Assembly (NCBI GenBank): GCA_963793425.1
Contig: CAWCAG010000005.1
Location: forward strand, 1,248,001 to 1,312,000
Direction of reading: 5' to 3'
DNA from: an uncultured cyanobacterium
Lineage (GTDB): Bacteria > Cyanobacteriota > Cyanobacteriia > Cyanobacteriales > CAWCAG01
Length of the DNA: 64,000 nt
Part shown: positions 60,308-64,000 of the stretch, piece after piece
Numbering within the stretch: the stretch's first letter is position 1
How the letters are laid out: each line of letters begins with the position of its first letter
Made by a program: the position numbers and the translations under genes
The notes under the pieces: generated by a model
Told to the model about the DNA's origin: nothing
The model's database searches: none
The model's input: only the letters and a program-made list of their open reading frames with translations

Positions 60308-60517
60308 GACAAAGCATCCAGAAATACCGTTTCTGACTTATTAACAGATTGTTTCAAGCTTTTTTAAGGTGAAAGTTACCGAAGATTAAAAGTGTTTTTG
60401 AAAACCAATTTTAAGAGCGCACCTTTTCCACCGCTTACATAATATCATGTCAAGGGAAAATTAGGCAAGCGAGCCAGAGAATTAATTCTCTGGCTAATAC
60501 AATAGAAATATAATCAC

Positions 60518-60578
60518 GTAGGGGCGACACGTTTCCGTTATTTTAATCACTGACAAACTAAACTATTGGGTCGCCCTT
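60518..60578. repeat. GTAG-type REP-like inverted repeat
   Basis: GTAGGGGCGAC ... GGGTCGCCCTT just past the phoH stop. Confidence 0.6.
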
Positions 60579-60593
60579 GACAAGGATTACTAT

Positions 60594-61544
60594 TCAGTTT
60601 TCATATTCCTCATAAGCTGCCACAATCTTTTGTACCAAGGGATGGCGGACAACGTCCTTTTGGGTTAATTGACAAAAAGCGATGCCATTGACGGACTTGA
60701 GGATTTTTGTAGCCATTGACAAACCGGATTCTTGATACTTAGGTAAATCAGTTTGGGTAACATCCCCCGTCACCACCATGCGAGAATTAAAACCTAAACG
60801 GGTTAAAACCATCTTCATCTGCGCTGGGGTAGTGTTTTGGGCCTCATCAACAATTACAAAAGCATTACTTAAGGTGCGGCCTCGCATATATGCTAAGGGG
60901 GCAACTTCGATTTTGCCGTCAGCCATCAATTCAGGAATGCGATCTGCTTTAATTAGTTCGTATAAAGCGTCATAAAGGGGACGTAAAAAAGGATTAACTT
61001 TTTGTTGTAAATCCCCTGGCAGGAAACCTAACTTTTCCCCTGCTTCTACCGCAGGACGGGTGAGAATCAACCTTTCGTAATCATCATTTAATAAAGCTTG
61101 TACTGCTAAAATTGCCGCTAAAAAAGTCTTTCCTGTCCCGGCTGGGCCGATACAAAAAGTAACATCGTGGGTTTGAATTGCTTTAACGTACTGTTTTTGC
61201 TTAAATGTTTTAGCTCTAACTTTTTCTCCCCGTAGGGTGGTGGCTAAAACATTTTGTTGTAAATCCTTTAATTCATCTGTACGGTCATTATCTACTGCTT
61301 GGAAAGCTGTTTGTAAATCTGCTTGGGAAATAGTCTTGCCTTCTAGCCAATAAGGTTTAAGGGAACGCACTATTTGTATAGAGCGTTCCACCGCCTTTTC
61401 TTTGCCAGACACCAACAAATCCTGACCCCGGAGGACTAATTGCGCCCCTGTATGGCGGGATAAAAGTTGTAAGTTATCTTCTCGATTACCTGCTAGGGCG
61501 ATCGCGCTTTCAGTACTTGGTAGCTGAATGGTCTTTGATATCAA
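60594..61544 (-). CDS. phoH: PhoH family ATPase (probable TTG start at 61544; ORF open to 61619)
   Basis: GPAGTGKT, LTRPAVEAGEKLGFLPG, YMRGRTL, DEAQN, VVRHPLV. Confidence 0.95.
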   Translation of the reverse strand: MISKTIQLPSTESAIALAGNREDNLQLLSRHTGAQLVLRGQDLLVSGKEKAVERSIQIVRSLKPYWLEGKTISQADLQTAFQAVDNDRTDELKDLQQNVLATTLRGEKVRAKTFKQKQYVKAIQTHDVTFCIGPAGTGKTFLAAILAVQALLNDDYERLILTRPAVEAGEKLGFLPGDLQQKVNPFLRPLYDALYELIKADRIPELMADGKIEVAPLAYMRGRTLSNAFVIVDEAQNTTPAQMKMVLTRLGFNSRMVVTGDVTQTDLPKYQESGLSMATKILKSVNGIAFCQLTQKDVVRHPLVQKIVAAYEEYEN

Positions 61545-61676
61545 AGCAACTGTTAATTGAGGTTGAAAGTATTGAAATAAAAAGAGAAGGCAGAATTTCC
61601 TGTTTGGGATATTCTGCAATGAGAATAGGCCTTTGCTTCATGGTTGTTTAGCCCTAATCGCTGATGCTTTAAAAAA

Positions 61677-62093
61677 TCAATTGATTAGCTTTTGAGGACG
61701 AGGTTTGAATTTAGGGGGTGCTACACGGGAAGGAGAGGGAGACGGTCTTCTACCATTATACTGGCTACCAGAGCGAGAATTGCGCTCAGAACTATTGTTA
61801 GCGCTGCCATATACATCTAGGTAAATAGACTGCCCCACTAACTTTCCGGTGGCTTGTAAAACCGACCTAACTGCTTCAATGTTACGTCCACCGCGACCAA
61901 ATACTCTTCCTTTATCTGAGTCATCAAAAGCTAACCTAATCCATACTCTTTGATTTCCCCTAGCATTTTCGCAGTCTACTTTTAAAGAGTTTGCTGATTC
62001 TAGTAGGGGCTGAACTAGAAACTTGACCATTTCTACATAGTTTGGCTTGGTTGGGCTAGCTTGATCAGAGGAAACTTGAGGCTTAAGAGGCAT
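61677..62093 (-). CDS. khpA: KH-domain RNA-binding protein
   Basis: [13 protein letters not shown]; follows and overlaps rpsP. Confidence 0.9.
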   Translation of the reverse strand: MPLKPQVSSDQASPTKPNYVEMVKFLVQPLLESANSLKVDCENARGNQRVWIRLAFDDSDKGRVFGRGGRNIEAVRSVLQATGKLVGQSIYLDVYGSANNSSERNSRSGSQYNGRRPSPSPSRVAPPKFKPRPQKLIN

Positions 62094-62334
62094 TGACTTG
62101 TTCAAAAACTTGCGCTTTTTTCAAAATGGCACGTACTGTATCTGTAGGCTGGGCCCCTTGTTGGAGGCGCTTAACAATAGCAGGTACGTCTAAGCGGGTT
62201 TCGTTAGTTCTGGGGTTATAAAAACCTAACTCTTCTAAGGGTCGTCCGTCACGACGCACTCTACTGTCCATTGCGACTATGCGATAGCTAGCTTCACGCT
62301 TTTTGCCGTATCTTTTCAATCTTATTTTGATCAT
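62083..62334 (-). CDS. rpsP: 30S ribosomal protein S16
   Basis: [33 protein letters not shown]. Confidence 0.99.
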   Translation of the reverse strand: MIKIRLKRYGKKREASYRIVAMDSRVRRDGRPLEELGFYNPRTNETRLDVPAIVKRLQQGAQPTDTVRAILKKAQVFEQVNAS

Positions 62335-62438
62335 CTTCTTAAAATCCTCCTGATCTGATTTTAAAGCCTTTAGGCCACCTTGGCGATGGGGCCTTAGACC
62401 TTAACTATTTAGGTATTTGATTATACTCTACTTCTTCG

Positions 62439-63911
62439 CTAGAAAAGTTCTCCGAAGCCTTTCTTTTTCTTACCTTTCTTCTTCTTCTTCTTAGAACCTC
62501 CTGAATAGCCGCGAAAACCAGGGCGAGGTGCATTTCCTCCCATACCCCCAAACATTCCTCCTAAGCCGCCTCCCATACCACCCATTCCGGGCATTTCCAT
62601 TCCGGGCATTCCTCCACCTTGCCCCATTTGCTGCATCATGCCTCGCATTCGGGTAAAATCTTTAACTAATTTGCCGACATCGCTTTCTTTAAAGCCGGAA
62701 CCTTTAGCGATGCGGCGGCGACGGCTAGGAGATTTGGCGAGTAAGTTTGGTTCAGTCCTCTCTTCTGGGGTCATGGAATTAATCATGGCTTCAGTACGTT
62801 TGAGTTGTACTTCCCCTTTTTCCAAGTCTGAACTACTCAACTTGCCCATGCCGGGAATCATCTTCATCAATCCCCCCAAAGAACCCATATTTTTCAAGAG
62901 GCGCATTTGTTTAAGGAAGTCATCGAAGCCAAATCTCGCTTCCATGATTTTGGCTTGCATTTCCGCTGCATCAGCGATATCTACTTCTTCCTGGGCTTTT
63001 TCTACCAGGGTTAAGACATCCCCCATGCCCAAAATACGAGAGGCCATACGGTCAGGATAAAAGGGTTGTAGGGCTTCTACTTTCTCCCCTACCCCCACAA
63101 ATTTGATAGGTTGACCAGAAATGCGACGTACAGAAAGGGCTGCCCCGCCACGACTATCTCCATCCAATTTAGTGAGAATGGCCCCAGTGATGCCGATTTG
63201 TTCGTGGAAGGTGTAAGTGAGGTTGGCAGCTTCTTGCCCTGTCATGGCATCTACCACCAGGAGAGTATCGTCAGGTTGAACTGTTTCTTTAATACGTCCC
63301 AACTCTCCCATCATTTCTGGGTCAATTTGCAACCGTCCGGCGGTATCAATGATAACGGTATCAACCCCCATTTCTTGGGCTTTTTCTACCCCTTGACGGG
63401 CAATTTCCACCGGATCAGCATCTTTACCCATTTCAAACACAGGTACATTAATTTGCTGCCCTAAAGTGAGTAATTGGTCAATAGCTGCCGGGCGGTAAAT
63501 ATCTGTAGCCACCATTAAGCAGTCGCGATCTTGCTTCCGCAAATGTAGGGCTAATTTAGCTGTGGCAGTGGTTTTACCTGTACCTTGCAAACCTGCCATC
63601 AAAACCACCGTTGGTTTAGTCTCTGCTTGGGCGAGAGGGACGTTGGTTTCCCCCATAACCTTAACTAATTCATCGTGGACAACTTTAATAAATTGCTGAT
63701 CAGGACGTACCCCAGAAACCACTTCTGACCCTTGGGCTTTGCTTTCTACCTCGGCGATAAAGTTTTTAACCACCTGGAGGTTAACATCCGCAGCTATAAG
63801 GGCGCGACGCACTTCTTTTAAGGCTTCTTGAATATTAGCTTGGGAAATTTTGTCTTGACCGCGTAGCTTTTTCCAAGCATCTTCTAAACGGTCGGCTAGG
63901 GCATCAAACAT
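62439..63911 (-). CDS. ffh: Signal recognition particle protein
   Basis: GLQGTGKTT, DTAGR, TKLDGDSRGG, M-domain, Gly/Met-rich tail. Confidence 0.99.
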   Translation of the reverse strand: MFDALADRLEDAWKKLRGQDKISQANIQEALKEVRRALIAADVNLQVVKNFIAEVESKAQGSEVVSGVRPDQQFIKVVHDELVKVMGETNVPLAQAETKPTVVLMAGLQGTGKTTATAKLALHLRKQDRDCLMVATDIYRPAAIDQLLTLGQQINVPVFEMGKDADPVEIARQGVEKAQEMGVDTVIIDTAGRLQIDPEMMGELGRIKETVQPDDTLLVVDAMTGQEAANLTYTFHEQIGITGAILTKLDGDSRGGAALSVRRISGQPIKFVGVGEKVEALQPFYPDRMASRILGMGDVLTLVEKAQEEVDIADAAEMQAKIMEARFGFDDFLKQMRLLKNMGSLGGLMKMIPGMGKLSSSDLEKGEVQLKRTEAMINSMTPEERTEPNLLAKSPSRRRRIAKGSGFKESDVGKLVKDFTRMRGMMQQMGQGGGMPGMEMPGMGGMGGGLGGMFGGMGGNAPRPGFRGYSGGSKKKKKKGKKKKGFGELF

Positions 63912-64000
63912 AATGAATGTATTTGTTGTAAACGATTAATTTAAGTGTTGTGGTAGGGAGTGGGGAGTGGGGAGCAGGGAGCAGTTAATAGTTATTTTAA

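Larger units (their letters stand above)
1..64000. repeat. Dispersed HIP1 octamer GCGATCGC, plus further short STRR tracts (e.g. 12016-12045, 56730-56775, 63955-63985)
   Basis: Roughly 30 HIP1 copies counted by eye (approximate), e.g. 1448, 9146, 16116, 28518, 61498. Confidence 0.9.

Noticed and set aside
62638..63464. Antisense ORFs within ffh, and similar short ORFs nested in ndhH, glmS, the PEP-CTERM, MFS, MscS and M48 genes
   Set aside because: They overlap well-supported genes and have no motifs of their own

Overview
AT-rich cyanobacterial chromosome segment. The evidence is many HIP1 GCGATCGC octamers, heptamer STRR tandem repeats, ndhH, vipp1, hik2 and a cyanobacterial PEP-CTERM gene. 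Most of the window is housekeeping: ndhH, tRNA-Lys, dapL-like aminotransferase, trx, vipp1, tsaE, apt, glmS, phoH-khpA-rpsP-ffh. Interspersed modules of interest are: (1) a sulfotransferase/GT4 cluster; (2) a three-gene FHA operon ending in an FHA-flavoenzyme fusion; (3) a coiled-coil / longin-roadblock-TM-BON-OmpA / Rab-like small GTPase / PAS-GAF adenylate cyclase module, with a perfect 30-bp palindrome holding a CRP consensus box upstream of the cyclase (the best candidate for a poorly described signalling system); (4) a PARIS-like pair (broken ABC ATPase + intact DUF4435) directly downstream of glmS; (5) a CHAT-STAND-TPR NLR-like protease; (6) an HTH gene with an SOS-box-like motif, followed by an IS200/IS605 right-end-like remnant; (7) several MITE/REP-like intergenic elements. 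Five single-base frameshifts, two of them in vipp1, suggest uncorrected sequencing indels rather than real pseudogenes. No CRISPR array, rRNA or intact transposase was seen. All calls are by motif reading and recall of families; no database searches were run.
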